Assembly: GCA_050949045.1 (NCBI GenBank)
Contig: JBMNEZ010000001.1
Coordinates: 1 to 64,000 of the forward strand
Reading direction: 5' to 3'
DNA: 64,000 bases
Origin: Candidatus Izemoplasmatales bacterium
GTDB lineage: Bacteria > Bacillota_I > Bacilli_A > Izemoplasmatales > Hujiaoplasmataceae
A program made the translations under genes and the position numbers. Positions within the stretch are counted from its first letter, which is position 1; the number at the start of each line of letters is the position of its first letter. The notes beneath the pieces are model-generated. The model was given only the letters and a program-made list of their open reading frames with translations, was not told the origin of the DNA and ran no database searches. This document shows positions 39,178 through 49,866 of the stretch, in pieces.

Positions 39178-42100
39178 TCAAGATACCACGCCGTTCTTTT
39201 TAAGGAATTCTTCTAGTGCTTCTGGCGACAGAGGCCTCGAAAAATAAAACCCTTGTATTTCATGACAACCTATCTTTCTCATACAATCCAGTTGTTCCTT
39301 TGTTTCCACGCCTTCGGCTGTGATATCCGCCATGAGAGCTCTAGCCAATGAAACAATCGTTTTTGCTATAACTACTTTTTTTTTCTTTTAAAATGATATC
39401 GTCTATGATGCTTTTATCTATTTTTATTCTGTTAAAAGGTACCAACTCCAACCGATGCAATGATGAATACCCCTTGCCAAAATCATCTATGGCAATATTT
39501 ATCCCCGCTTCTTTCAACTTAGACAGTTTTTCAATTGTATCCGAAAAATTATTGGACAGCATACTTTCTGTAATTTCCAGCTCAATATATTTCGGATCTA
39601 CCTGGCTTTTCTTTATTAGTTGTAAAACTTTAGAAATAAAATCTTCACTTTGGAATTGTACAACCGATAGATTTACGGAAAAGCGAAGAGGAAAAAAGCC
39701 CTTTGAAACAAGCTTGTTATGCTCTTGGATTGCTTGTTCTAGTACCCAGAGCCCCACATCATGAATCAATCCCGTTTGCTCGAGTATGGGGATAAATATA
39801 TTCGGTGACACTTTTACGTTGTCGGCCGTTGTCCATCTAAGCAAAGCCTCAACTCCGACAACTTTTCCCGTGCTACAGCTGACTTGAGGTTGATATTCTA
39901 GAGAAAATTCTTCATTCTGCAATGAATGGAAAAGCTTATTTGTGAGTAAAGTATTTTCCGCAATCCGCTTTTTTAGTTGTTCTGAACAGAAAACGATCCT
40001 ATTTTCAGAGAGTTTCGCTTCATAACTTGCTAAATCGGCATTTTTCAAAAGAGTATCCACATCTTTTCCGTCATCCGGATAAATGGATATGCCTACATTA
40101 ACAGTAACAAATAATGATTCTATCCCTTCCTTGGGAAGTATGGGATTGGAAAAAGCATCAACGATTTTATTCGCACATTCCTCTATTTGCTCGGTAGTTT
40201 CCGCAAAAGGCATAACAACAATAAATTTTCCTTCACCGATCCTTGATAGATGGCACTCTTCTTTCATCAGGTTTTCAAGAATCGTTGCCGATTTTATTGC
40301 TATATGTTCTCCTATGCTATGACCGAAAGTATCATTAATCATTCTTAGGTTGTCCAGTTCAATATCAAAAACAACCAATTTATCTGATTCTTTTCGATTA
40401 TATATATTTTCCTCCAAGATTTTTTTGAGCATATTTCTGTTTGCCAATTTAGTAGATTCATCGAAATAAGCAAATTGATACAGCTTTTCTTCGTATAAAG
40501 ATTTTTTCTTTGTGTCTCCCAATATATTTGTAATAATTTTCAAAAAGTGTAATCGATTTTCTGTGAATTTTTTATCACTTCGGTCTAGGTATTCAATGAC
40601 AAAAAAACCATCTGTTCTTTCATCGACTATTATTGGCAGCGCAAAGAAAGAATTGATTCCTCTCGACAGGAAAAAGTTTCTTTGGTACCCAGCTTCATCA
40701 AGGGGAAGGCTTGTGACATCTTCACAGAGTATAGGTGAGTTTTGCGTTATCAGGGATTTAACTTCGGGAAAGTCAGCTGTCTTAAACGTCGTTTCTGGAT
40801 AAAAAGGAAATGATTGATTATCAAGATCTTTCACATATGTATTAAGAATAATTGCGTTTTCATAATCTGCGCTGAATTCAAATAAGTATGCGCTGTCAAA
40901 ATTAAGTATTTCGGCAGACATTTTAAACATTTCATCGATTTTTTCTTTAGTATTTTCACTGCTAACCGAAATAAAGTTGGTTGAAATCTTTTCAAGCGTT
41001 TGTTGTTCTTTTGAAAATCTTTGGTATCCTCGAAACTTTGAAGAATATTCATTTTTCAAATATATCACAGCGAAATAAGAAAGTACAATAATAAAAATCC
41101 TTTTTAAATACTGAGCGGCATTGATGGTGGCAGAAACTTCAGGATAAATAATTGAAAGAACAACTTGAGTTATTAGGGTAACGGCTAAAAATATTAAAGT
41201 ATGGTTTTTGTTATCCAAAACAATAGAATGCAGAAGAAATATTATATATACCGCCCAGACTGTTGTTGCTGCTGTATTAGCATCTTTAATTATGAAAAAA
41301 GTCATGCCAACTACGCTTGTTACAAGGAAGATGGCGTTCTGGATTGTATGATTTTTTGATATATGCGGTATGAATCTTAAAAATATACCACAAATCAAGA
41401 TAGCAAAGGCAAGTAAAAGTTCATATGCTAATTTTCCTCTTGCAAGGAAAAACCCTGAATAAAATGATCCTGCGGAACCGATTATAAATATCGCCGCTGC
41501 CGTTTCGAACAAACGCAATCGACTTTCTTCTGGTATAATGTCGGAATCAGGAGATAAGAATTCTATTTTTTCTCTTTCAATAAGAAAACCGAACTTTTTC
41601 AATATGATAAACAATAATACTGTAGGAAGGATCAAAAACAAAATTGCAAGTTGAGGGATCGGCGTTAATCCAAAAACACCGGGCAAAACACCGGGCAAAA
41701 TGTCCGTTATCGATCCCGCTATAAAAGGAAGTAACACAGATAATAAGAAATATGTTCCTAATAGTTTTAAAGGAGTATGAGGTTCAATTTTTTTCCACCA
41801 GCGAAAAAGTAATATAATAGTAATCACTGAATATATAATATCGTAAATGTTAAGCCAAATTTGACCAATATTTATAGGAAGCACATTTATCCAGCCGAAT
41901 TCGCTTTGCACCATTTCATATTGTTTTTCTGCAAGAATTCCTAAAGGCGCAAACAGAATCACATTTATAAAAACAGGTAAATAAAGTATTATGAGTTTTA
42001 TTCGCTTATTTAAACGTTTTTCAGTATTTGTTAGAATCAGTACAAAGTGGAGTAAAAGGCTGTGAAAAAAGCCCCAGCCGAAAACAGACATGCATCTCCA

Positions 42101-42298
42101 AAAAGCACTCGATTCCGCCGTTGGTGCGGAGTTTGAAATAGCATATGAAAATGACCAAATTGCCATTGAACTCGTTACTAATAAAAACAGCCTATTGATC
42201 CTGCTTTTTTTGTTAGAAGTTATCATATATGCGCCAAAAATCATGTAAAAACAACCGCAAAGATAATATAAAGTTGATAAGAGTAAACTATATCTCAT
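39178..42298 (-). pseudogene. Membrane sensor-GAF-degenerate GGDEF-EAL protein, frameshifted at an A9 tract near the 3' end
   Basis: EAL, DDFG and KID present; AEGVET and IQGFYFSRP continue in another frame to TGA at 39178. Confidence 0.82.
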
Positions 42299-42692
42299 AA
42301 TTTTCCCCCTAAAAACAAGAGTGCAAATCTCTGTTTATTATAGCAACTTTCTGATTTTTCAAATATGGATTATAATATTATTGTATTTTGTATTTTATTA
42401 GATTTTGGAGTTTCACATATATTCTAACACTTAACATCACTATTTATTTGATGTCAATGGGTTTTTAATTTGCATCATTGGAGGATATAGTATAAGTGCA
42501 CTGAAATTTGAATAAGTTTATTTGCTCGCGTCTAAAAAACGTATCGCTATTTTTACCTCGGTCTTTGAGTTCAGACATTCTGTCAACGTCACTTTTATAG
42601 AGCTATTTTAATATCATCACTTTTTGCTTTGGGAACATGGTGATACTTATGATATGGTTGATGACAACATAATTACTAGGTAAAAAAAACAA

Positions 42693-42977
42693 TCATTCTG
42701 GAGAGAATATCCTGTTCTTTTTTTCCTCTTCAAGTTGGAGTTTCAGTTCTTTTTTATATTTTGGAATTGGATCATACCCGCCTTTTGAAAAGGGGTTGCA
42801 CCTGAGCAAACGCCAAATCGTGAGTAATGAAGCATAAAAAAAATTATAGTTTTCATATGCATCCAAAGCATAATTCGAGCAAGTGGGCTTATATTTGCAT
42901 GAGGGCGCTCTGAAGGCATGCTGCTTTTGATATGATTTGATTAGTTTGATCATCAGTTTTTTCATCAAATTCACCAT
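42693..42977 (-). CDS. yidD: Membrane protein insertion efficiency factor (start uncertain)
   Basis: CKYKPTCSNY..RLLRCNPFSKGGYDP. Confidence 0.9.
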   Translation of the reverse strand: MVNLMKKLMIKLIKSYQKQHAFRAPSCKYKPTCSNYALDAYENYNFFYASLLTIWRLLRCNPFSKGGYDPIPKYKKELKLQLEEEKKNRIFSPE

Positions 42978-43227
42978 CTTTATTTTATCAGTTTCGACCA
43001 ATTATTACAAGCAGGCAAACAGATGGGGATGGTTTTGTTATAATTACAATAGATTACTGTTTGTGTATTAACGGAATGTATGGTAAAATGATAAACCGGT
43101 GATAGAATAAGGAATAACAATGGCTCCTAATGGCACTTTCATCATTAACAGAGAAAAGAATCATTTCAATATACATCGATCGCATAAACAACAAATTTGA
43201 TTAAAGGATAAGGAAGGATAACTGACA

Positions 43228-44418
43228 ATGTCAAAAATCATGGCGATCAACGCCGGCAGTTCTTCACTAAAATTCCAATTGCTCGAGATGCCGGAGGAAA
43301 AAGTAATCACCAGTGGGCTAGTGGAACGGATCGGACTTAAGAATTCCGTCTTTATGATCAAGGTCAATGGCGAGAAAATTGAAGAAATCGTCGCCATCCA
43401 AAACCACAATGTCGCTGTCAAGATGTTGCTTGATAAACTGATCTCCCTTGGAATTCTCCGATCATTCGCTGAAATCGAAGGTGTCGGTCACCGTATTCTC
43501 CACGGTGCCAGTATGCTCACCGATTCCTGCATCATCACGGAGAAGGAAATAGCCATTATTGAAAGTATTGTCGATCTCGGCCCTTTGCATCTCATACCGA
43601 ACCTGACCGGAATCAAAGCGTTCAAGGAAATATTGCCTGATGTTAAACAGGTTGGCGTATTCGATACGGCCTTTCATCAGACCATGCCGGAAGAAGCTTT
43701 TCTTTATGCGACTCCCTTTGATTGGTATGAGCGGTTTCAGGTTCGCAAGTACGGATTTCATGGAACCTCGCATAAGTATGTTTCGGAAATGACCGCAAAA
43801 CTGATGGGCAAAAAGCCGGAAGATATCAACGTCATCGTTTGTCATCTCGGCAACGGTTCTTCGATCTGTGCTGTGAAGCAGGGCAAATCGGTAGATACGT
43901 CGATGGGGTTTACCCCGCTTGAGGGGATTCCGATGGGAACCAGGTCGGGAAACATCGACCCTGCGGTCATCGAATATATGATGGAAAAGAAGCAGAAATC
44001 TGCTAAAGAAATCATCAATATTCTCAACAAGCAGTCCGGTTATCTTGGTGTTTCCGGAATCTCTTTCGATTCCAGAGATCTTGTGCGTGAAGCCGCGAAT
44101 GGCAATCATCGGGCAGAACTTGCGATCCAGATCCAGGCCAAACGAATCGCCGACTATATCGCCAGCTATTATGTTTATATGGGCGGAGCCGACGCCATCA
44201 CTTTCACTGCCGGCATCGGCGAAAACGCGCCGTCGACCAGGGCAAATGTCATCGACCGCATCAGTGTTCTCGGAGTGAAACTCGATCCGGAAAAAAACGA
44301 ATGCCGAGGCACAACTGCCGAAATTTCAACTCCGGATTCCAAAATCAAGGTTTATGTCATTCCGACCAACGAAGAAGTCATGATTGCTCGCGATACGATG
44401 AGGCTCTGTCATCAATAA
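43228..44418 (+). CDS. ackA: Acetate kinase
   Basis: INAGSSSLK, GHR, FDTAFH, YGFHGTSH, HLGNG, IPTNEE. Confidence 0.96.
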   Translation: MSKIMAINAGSSSLKFQLLEMPEEKVITSGLVERIGLKNSVFMIKVNGEKIEEIVAIQNHNVAVKMLLDKLISLGILRSFAEIEGVGHRILHGASMLTDSCIITEKEIAIIESIVDLGPLHLIPNLTGIKAFKEILPDVKQVGVFDTAFHQTMPEEAFLYATPFDWYERFQVRKYGFHGTSHKYVSEMTAKLMGKKPEDINVIVCHLGNGSSICAVKQGKSVDTSMGFTPLEGIPMGTRSGNIDPAVIEYMMEKKQKSAKEIINILNKQSGYLGVSGISFDSRDLVREAANGNHRAELAIQIQAKRIADYIASYYVYMGGADAITFTAGIGENAPSTRANVIDRISVLGVKLDPEKNECRGTTAEISTPDSKIKVYVIPTNEEVMIARDTMRLCHQ

Positions 44419-44473
44419 ATTCAAGAACCAAGAGCCCCTCCAGCGTAGTATTTACGAAGGAGGGGCTTTTTTT

Positions 44474-45772
44474 ATGGAAAGACTGATGCTTTGTTTATTT
44501 GCTTTCTTTGCCGTTGCTCAATCTAAAGACGGATCAACCTTGATCCCCCGTGGCGTTCTCGAAATAGGAGATGTCAGGTACGAATACGGAATGGATACCG
44601 CCGATCCCAAAGGTGGAAATGGTTATTTGACGATCAGAGACGGAGACATTACGCGCTGGGTTGTCTTTGACGAAGGAGCGAAGGAAGAGGTCGTTTATGT
44701 AGCCGATCTTGGAATCAATAGGATCGGTGTAGTGATTGAATGCTATATTAAAGACAGTGATAGTAACGGTTTTAAACGAAAAAATTCGCTTATCAAATTG
44801 ATCGATAGATGGGGAAATCAACTCATCTCAACCAGCATGACGAAAGAAATTATCGGAATCGGGAATTATGATTATCTAATTGCCATTGAAACCAGCCAGA
44901 AAATTGAATACTATGATCATGAATTATGGAAACACGACTTTGTTTCTCCCGATGGGGAATACATAGACACCTTCTCATATCAACATCAGGGTGTAGCCTA
45001 TGTCAATGGCATCCAAGTAGAAAAGATCGACCTTGATTATCCCGGGTATTACGATATTAGGATCGAAGGGAAAAATCATCTGTTTCAATACGCCATCGTT
45101 TTGCATTCGGATCCGGAATCGCTCCCTTTGAGCGGATCATCAACGGAAAAAGTTATGATCAGTACCAAAGGCGACTTATTTTTAAACGGTGAGCCGATCA
45201 CATCGGGAACCTTGGTTTCCGAACCGGGAAATTATGATTTGGTCGTTGCCGGAGCGAACGGATATCGACTGAACAGGTTGTTTACGATTGATGCGGTCAT
45301 TGATAACGTTGACAACGGCCAGTCGTTAATGCCGCCGCTTAAAATCAAAGCGAGCGGTTCTGACCAGACGCTTAATGGCAAACCTTATCACGGCGAGGAT
45401 GTTTACGATGCGGGAACATATTTGTTCGCTGTCCACGGCCAGGGAGATTATCTCCTCGAGAGAAGTTTCACGATCCTGCCGGTTGTCGAAGGGGTTGCCA
45501 ATGATGAAACCTACCTTGAAAAGGTCAATATCAATCTCAATTGTTATGCATTGTTGAATGGCGAGGCGATTCCAAAGAACTATCTGATCGACAAACCGGG
45601 GTCATATGTGTTGGTTCTGTACTTAAATGATATGCCTTATGAAACCATCGCTTTTACCGTCACTGCACCCTCCGAAACAGAAGAAGCCAACTGGTTTCTG
45701 GATAATATCTGGCTGTTTGTGTTTGCGGCCATGGGCGCCCTCGGGTTGGCATTGATTTTCAAAAAGCGATAA
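44474..45772 (+). CDS. Hypothetical surface protein with beta-rich repeats and C-terminal TM anchor
   Basis: N-terminal hydrophobic signal, repeated LNG....PG.Y.L units, C-terminal TM + KKR. Confidence 0.65.
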   Translation: MERLMLCLFAFFAVAQSKDGSTLIPRGVLEIGDVRYEYGMDTADPKGGNGYLTIRDGDITRWVVFDEGAKEEVVYVADLGINRIGVVIECYIKDSDSNGFKRKNSLIKLIDRWGNQLISTSMTKEIIGIGNYDYLIAIETSQKIEYYDHELWKHDFVSPDGEYIDTFSYQHQGVAYVNGIQVEKIDLDYPGYYDIRIEGKNHLFQYAIVLHSDPESLPLSGSSTEKVMISTKGDLFLNGEPITSGTLVSEPGNYDLVVAGANGYRLNRLFTIDAVIDNVDNGQSLMPPLKIKASGSDQTLNGKPYHGEDVYDAGTYLFAVHGQGDYLLERSFTILPVVEGVANDETYLEKVNINLNCYALLNGEAIPKNYLIDKPGSYVLVLYLNDMPYETIAFTVTAPSETEEANWFLDNIWLFVFAAMGALGLALIFKKR

Positions 45773-45822
45773 TTACTTTTTATGTCCTTTGAATCGTGAT
45801 ATAATCAAATCGGTGATTTCAT

Positions 45823-48800
45823 TTGCTCGATTTCGATTTGTTTATCCAAACCGGATACTCGTTCAACGGCAGCATCATCGGCATCGACAAAATCGTTGAC
45901 TTAGCCCATGAACGCGGATTCAAAACCTTGGGGATTGCCGACAATAACCGGCTATATGGCGTCCTCAAGTTTTATAATGCCTGCAAGGCGAAAAACATCA
46001 ATCCGGTCATTGGCATGCACGTCGTAATCGATGTTTCCGAGACAAAGATCGCAGGGGTTCTTTTTGCGGCGACAAATGCCGGTTATCACAACTTGATCCA
46101 AATTAGTTCGCGTCTAGAAGATGCGGACTCCTTTCTAATGCTTGAAACGCTTAGAATGTATCGCAAAGGCTTGATTCTTATCATGAGGACCGATGCCTAT
46201 GATCTCCAAAAGCTAATCACAGCCAATGATTGGGAGAAGTTTAAGAAAACGCTAGCAGTTATCAAAGACAATGTCGACAAATCGTATCTTGGGATCGATC
46301 TCGCTGATTTTTCCACCGAAACGATTGCTGGTCCCGCTCTGCGGGATCGATCCGATCTTATCGCCATCAACCGGGTCCTTTATTATGACAAAAGCGACCA
46401 ACGCGCCTCGAAAGTGCTTCGGGAATTGCTTGTCGGAGAGTACGCCGGGGAAGCGGGCATCTTTGAAGGATCCGAAGCCATCAACGACTTCAAGACAACA
46501 AGCGAATTAGATAGGCTTTATGCCGATTATCCAAACATCGTCAAAACCACGAAAGACATGATTGCCGCTATTGATGTCAAATTAGAGTATAACGAACTGC
46601 TTTTGCCCAAATACCCGCTTGCGGGTGATTATTCGGCCAAGGAGTATCTGGGAGCTCTAGCTCGAAAAGGCCTTGAAAAGCGTTTGAAAGCGAACCCTTA
46701 TCGCTTGAAGCAGGAAGCAGAATACCAAAAAAGACTCCGCTTCGAACTTGACGTGATCTGTTCGATGGGTTATGAGGATTATTTCTTAATCGTCTGGGAT
46801 TTCGTTCTTTATGCCAAACAAAACGGCATTTTAGTTGGGCCCGGCCGAGGATCCGCCGCGGGCTCGCTCGTTTCCTATGTTCTTGGGATCGTCGATGTCG
46901 ATCCGTTGGAACATGATCTGTACTTTGAACGTTTTCTTAATCTGGAAAGAATCACAATGCCGGATATCGATATGGATTTTCCCGATGACAAGCGGGACCA
47001 AGTCATCGAGTATGTGGCAAACAAATATGGAAAAAACCATGTAGTGAATATCATCACCTTCGGTACCTATCAGGGTAAAAGCGCTCTTCGGGACGTTTCG
47101 CGGATTTTGGGAATAAAACCGATGATCGTCGATGAAGTGACTAAATATGTGGGGGAAACGCAAAACTCGATAGCCGAATTCATCAAGGAGTTTCCTATAA
47201 AGTACAACAACCTAATGGAAATACCCGAAGTGAAGGAACTTTTCGAAATCGCCATGAAGATCGTCGATCAACCTCGGCATATTTCTACCCACGCTGCGGG
47301 TATTATCATCTCCGACCGTGAGATAACCGATCTTGTCCCCGTTCAAAAAGGCCTTCTCAATCTGTATCAGACTCAGTTCGAAGCCTCAGACCTGGAAAAG
47401 ATCGGCTTATTGAAAATCGACTTTCTCGGGATCAGAAACCTGACCGTCATTGCCAAGGCCGTCGATTTGATCAGGGAAAAGAAAAACGAGAACATCGATA
47501 TCTACAAGATACCTTTCAATGATCAGCCGACTTTCAAACTGTTACAAGAGGCGAGGACTCTGGGAATCTTTCAACTTGAATCACAAGGAATGATCAATCT
47601 TGTCAAAAAAATGAAAATCGCGAGTTTCACTGATGTCGCGACCTGTATCGCTTTGTTCCGCCCTGGGCCAATGGAAAATATTCCTCAGTTTCTAAGAAGG
47701 CGGAACAAAGTCGAGAAAGTCACTTATCTCCACCCCGATCTGGAACCGATCCTCGATTATACCGAAGGCATCATTGTCTATCAGGAACAGATCATGCAGA
47801 TCGCGAATGTCTTCGCTGGTTATTCTCTTGGAGAGGCCGATGTTTTGAGACGGGCAGTCAGCAAGAAAAATGAGAAAATCCTCATTGAGGAGCGCGAACG
47901 TTTTGTTTCAAAATGTCTTGAAAGGAACCACTCCGCGGCCCTCAGCAACCAAATATATGATTATATAGTCAAATTCGCCAATTATGGCTTTAACAAGTCG
48001 CACGCGGTCGCCTATGCGGTTGTTGCCTATTGGATGGCTTATCTAAAAGCCAATTATCCCGGATACTTTATGACCGCCCTTATGGATTTTGCCCTTGGCA
48101 GCCAAAGTGCAACTCTCGACTACCTCAAGGAATGCCGGAAAATGGATATCAAGATTTTGCCGCCCCGGATCAACCGTTCCGGCAAATCCTACCGTGTCGA
48201 GAAAAACGCCCTGAGATATCCCTATCTGGGAATTAGAAACATCGGAAACGTGGTCGCAGAAAAGATCGAAGCGATTCAAAACGAAGGGGAAGTAACCGGA
48301 TTGGTCGATTTTCTTTCAAGGGGCAGGGATCTGAATGTCAAAGTCATCGAATCACTGATCATGGCCGGCGTTTTCGACGAATTCGGCGAGACGAAACAGA
48401 CATTGATCGAGAACTACAAGCAGATCATTCTCAGTCTTAATCTAGGGCAGAACTTGCATGATGTCGGTTTTGTGTTTCGTAAATATCCCGAATACGAAAA
48501 CAATTATCTGGCACAGAAAGAAAAGGAACTGCTCGGCTTCAATCTGAGTTATCATCCGCTTAACGACTATTTGCCGATCTTGGAGTCGAGGAAAATCAGA
48601 CGGCTGTCGGATGCTTATCTGGAAATCGGCAGGGAAACCGATTTTGGAGCGTTCTTGACGCGAGTAAAGACAATCAGGACCAAGGATCAGCAGGAAATGA
48701 GTTTTTTGGAGTTTCAGGATCAAAACCGGGAAATCGAAGCTGTCCTTTTCCCGCGCGTACACACCATATATAAAAATATCATTATCCAAAACACCGCTTG

Positions 48801-48885
48801 GATTGTTTCCGGAACCGTTGAAGAAAGAAACGGCAAGATCCAAGTTATCGTTATTAAACTCGAGAAAATCGGAGGCGAGAACTAA
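45823..48885 (+). CDS. dnaE: DNA polymerase III alpha subunit (DnaE)
   Basis: GPGRGSAAGS, MPDIDMDF, HAAG, KIDFLG, YGFNKSHA, C-terminal OB fold. Confidence 0.96.
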   Translation: MLDFDLFIQTGYSFNGSIIGIDKIVDLAHERGFKTLGIADNNRLYGVLKFYNACKAKNINPVIGMHVVIDVSETKIAGVLFAATNAGYHNLIQISSRLEDADSFLMLETLRMYRKGLILIMRTDAYDLQKLITANDWEKFKKTLAVIKDNVDKSYLGIDLADFSTETIAGPALRDRSDLIAINRVLYYDKSDQRASKVLRELLVGEYAGEAGIFEGSEAINDFKTTSELDRLYADYPNIVKTTKDMIAAIDVKLEYNELLLPKYPLAGDYSAKEYLGALARKGLEKRLKANPYRLKQEAEYQKRLRFELDVICSMGYEDYFLIVWDFVLYAKQNGILVGPGRGSAAGSLVSYVLGIVDVDPLEHDLYFERFLNLERITMPDIDMDFPDDKRDQVIEYVANKYGKNHVVNIITFGTYQGKSALRDVSRILGIKPMIVDEVTKYVGETQNSIAEFIKEFPIKYNNLMEIPEVKELFEIAMKIVDQPRHISTHAAGIIISDREITDLVPVQKGLLNLYQTQFEASDLEKIGLLKIDFLGIRNLTVIAKAVDLIREKKNENIDIYKIPFNDQPTFKLLQEARTLGIFQLESQGMINLVKKMKIASFTDVATCIALFRPGPMENIPQFLRRRNKVEKVTYLHPDLEPILDYTEGIIVYQEQIMQIANVFAGYSLGEADVLRRAVSKKNEKILIEERERFVSKCLERNHSAALSNQIYDYIVKFANYGFNKSHAVAYAVVAYWMAYLKANYPGYFMTALMDFALGSQSATLDYLKECRKMDIKILPPRINRSGKSYRVEKNALRYPYLGIRNIGNVVAEKIEAIQNEGEVTGLVDFLSRGRDLNVKVIESLIMAGVFDEFGETKQTLIENYKQIILSLNLGQNLHDVGFVFRKYPEYENNYLAQKEKELLGFNLSYHPLNDYLPILESRKIRRLSDAYLEIGRETDFGAFLTRVKTIRTKDQQEMSFLEFQDQNREIEAVLFPRVHTIYKNIIIQNTAWIVSGTVEERNGKIQVIVIKLEKIGGEN

Positions 48886-49838
48886 TGCAAAGAATCAGCG
48901 TTTTAACTTCAGGAGGGGACGCTCCCGGCATGAATGCCGTCATCAGGGCGGTCGTTAGGACGGGCATCCATTACGGAATGGAGGTTTATGCCGTCTATGA
49001 AGGTTTTAAAGGCCTTGTCGAGGGCAAGATCAAAAAAATGGAGCGTAGCGATGTCAGCCAGATCATCAATCGCGGCGGGACCATCATCGGCTCCTCGAGA
49101 CTCAGGGATTTTGTCAAACCTGAAGTCCAAGACATCGCCGTCAAAAACCTTCGGGACCTATCGATCGGAGGGCTTGTGACGATCGGAGGCGATGGAACTT
49201 ATCGCGGGGCGATGGATTTGACCAGCAAAGGTATCCCGTGCATCGCCATCCCGGGGACAATCGATAATGATGTCGCCTCGACCGAATATACGATCGGTTT
49301 CTTCACTGCCCTTGATACCGCCATTGACGCGATCGACAAACTCAGGGACACATCTTTTTCCCATCAGCGTTGTACCGTTGTCGAAGTAATGGGACGAAAT
49401 TGTGGCGATCTCGCCATTTTTGCGGGAATCGCCTGTGGCGCTGAAATCGTTATTACCAAGGATACGGGATTCGACCATGCCGCGGTTTTAAAGAAAGTCC
49501 GCAAGGCAAATTTGATGGGCAAGAGTCACTTGGTGATCGTTGTCGCCGAAAACATCACCGATGTCTTCAAACTGGCCAAGGATGTGGAGGACAACACGAC
49601 CTATGAAGCCAGAGCCAGCGTTCTTGGGTATATCCAAAGGGGCGGAACCCCTTCGGCATTCGACCGGATCCTCGCAAGTAAAATGGGGGCGTATGCCGTC
49701 GAATTGCTTCGGCAGGGCTTAGGCGGCAAGGCGCTTTTCGCCAATAGCCTTACGGTCGGTCATTGTGATATTTTTGATGCTTTGAAGCAAAAACTGAAAT
49801 CAAGCGATCTCTATGATTATCTGCCAAAACTAAATTGA
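48885..49838 (+). CDS. pfkA: ATP-dependent 6-phosphofructokinase
   Basis: TSGGDAPGMN, GGDG, PGTIDND, EVMGR, QRGG. Confidence 0.96.
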   Translation: MQRISVLTSGGDAPGMNAVIRAVVRTGIHYGMEVYAVYEGFKGLVEGKIKKMERSDVSQIINRGGTIIGSSRLRDFVKPEVQDIAVKNLRDLSIGGLVTIGGDGTYRGAMDLTSKGIPCIAIPGTIDNDVASTEYTIGFFTALDTAIDAIDKLRDTSFSHQRCTVVEVMGRNCGDLAIFAGIACGAEIVITKDTGFDHAAVLKKVRKANLMGKSHLVIVVAENITDVFKLAKDVEDNTTYEARASVLGYIQRGGTPSAFDRILASKMGAYAVELLRQGLGGKALFANSLTVGHCDIFDALKQKLKSSDLYDYLPKLN

Positions 49839-49866
49839 GAAAAAGCTCCGATTCCGGAGCTTTTTC
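49839..49866. terminator. Bidirectional intrinsic terminator
   Basis: aaaaagctccg-attc-cggagcttttt between convergent genes. Confidence 0.75.

Noticed and set aside
45823..46500. Degenerate PHP metal ligands in DnaE (FIQTGYS)
   Set aside because: Expected for DnaE in PolC-containing lineages; not unusual.
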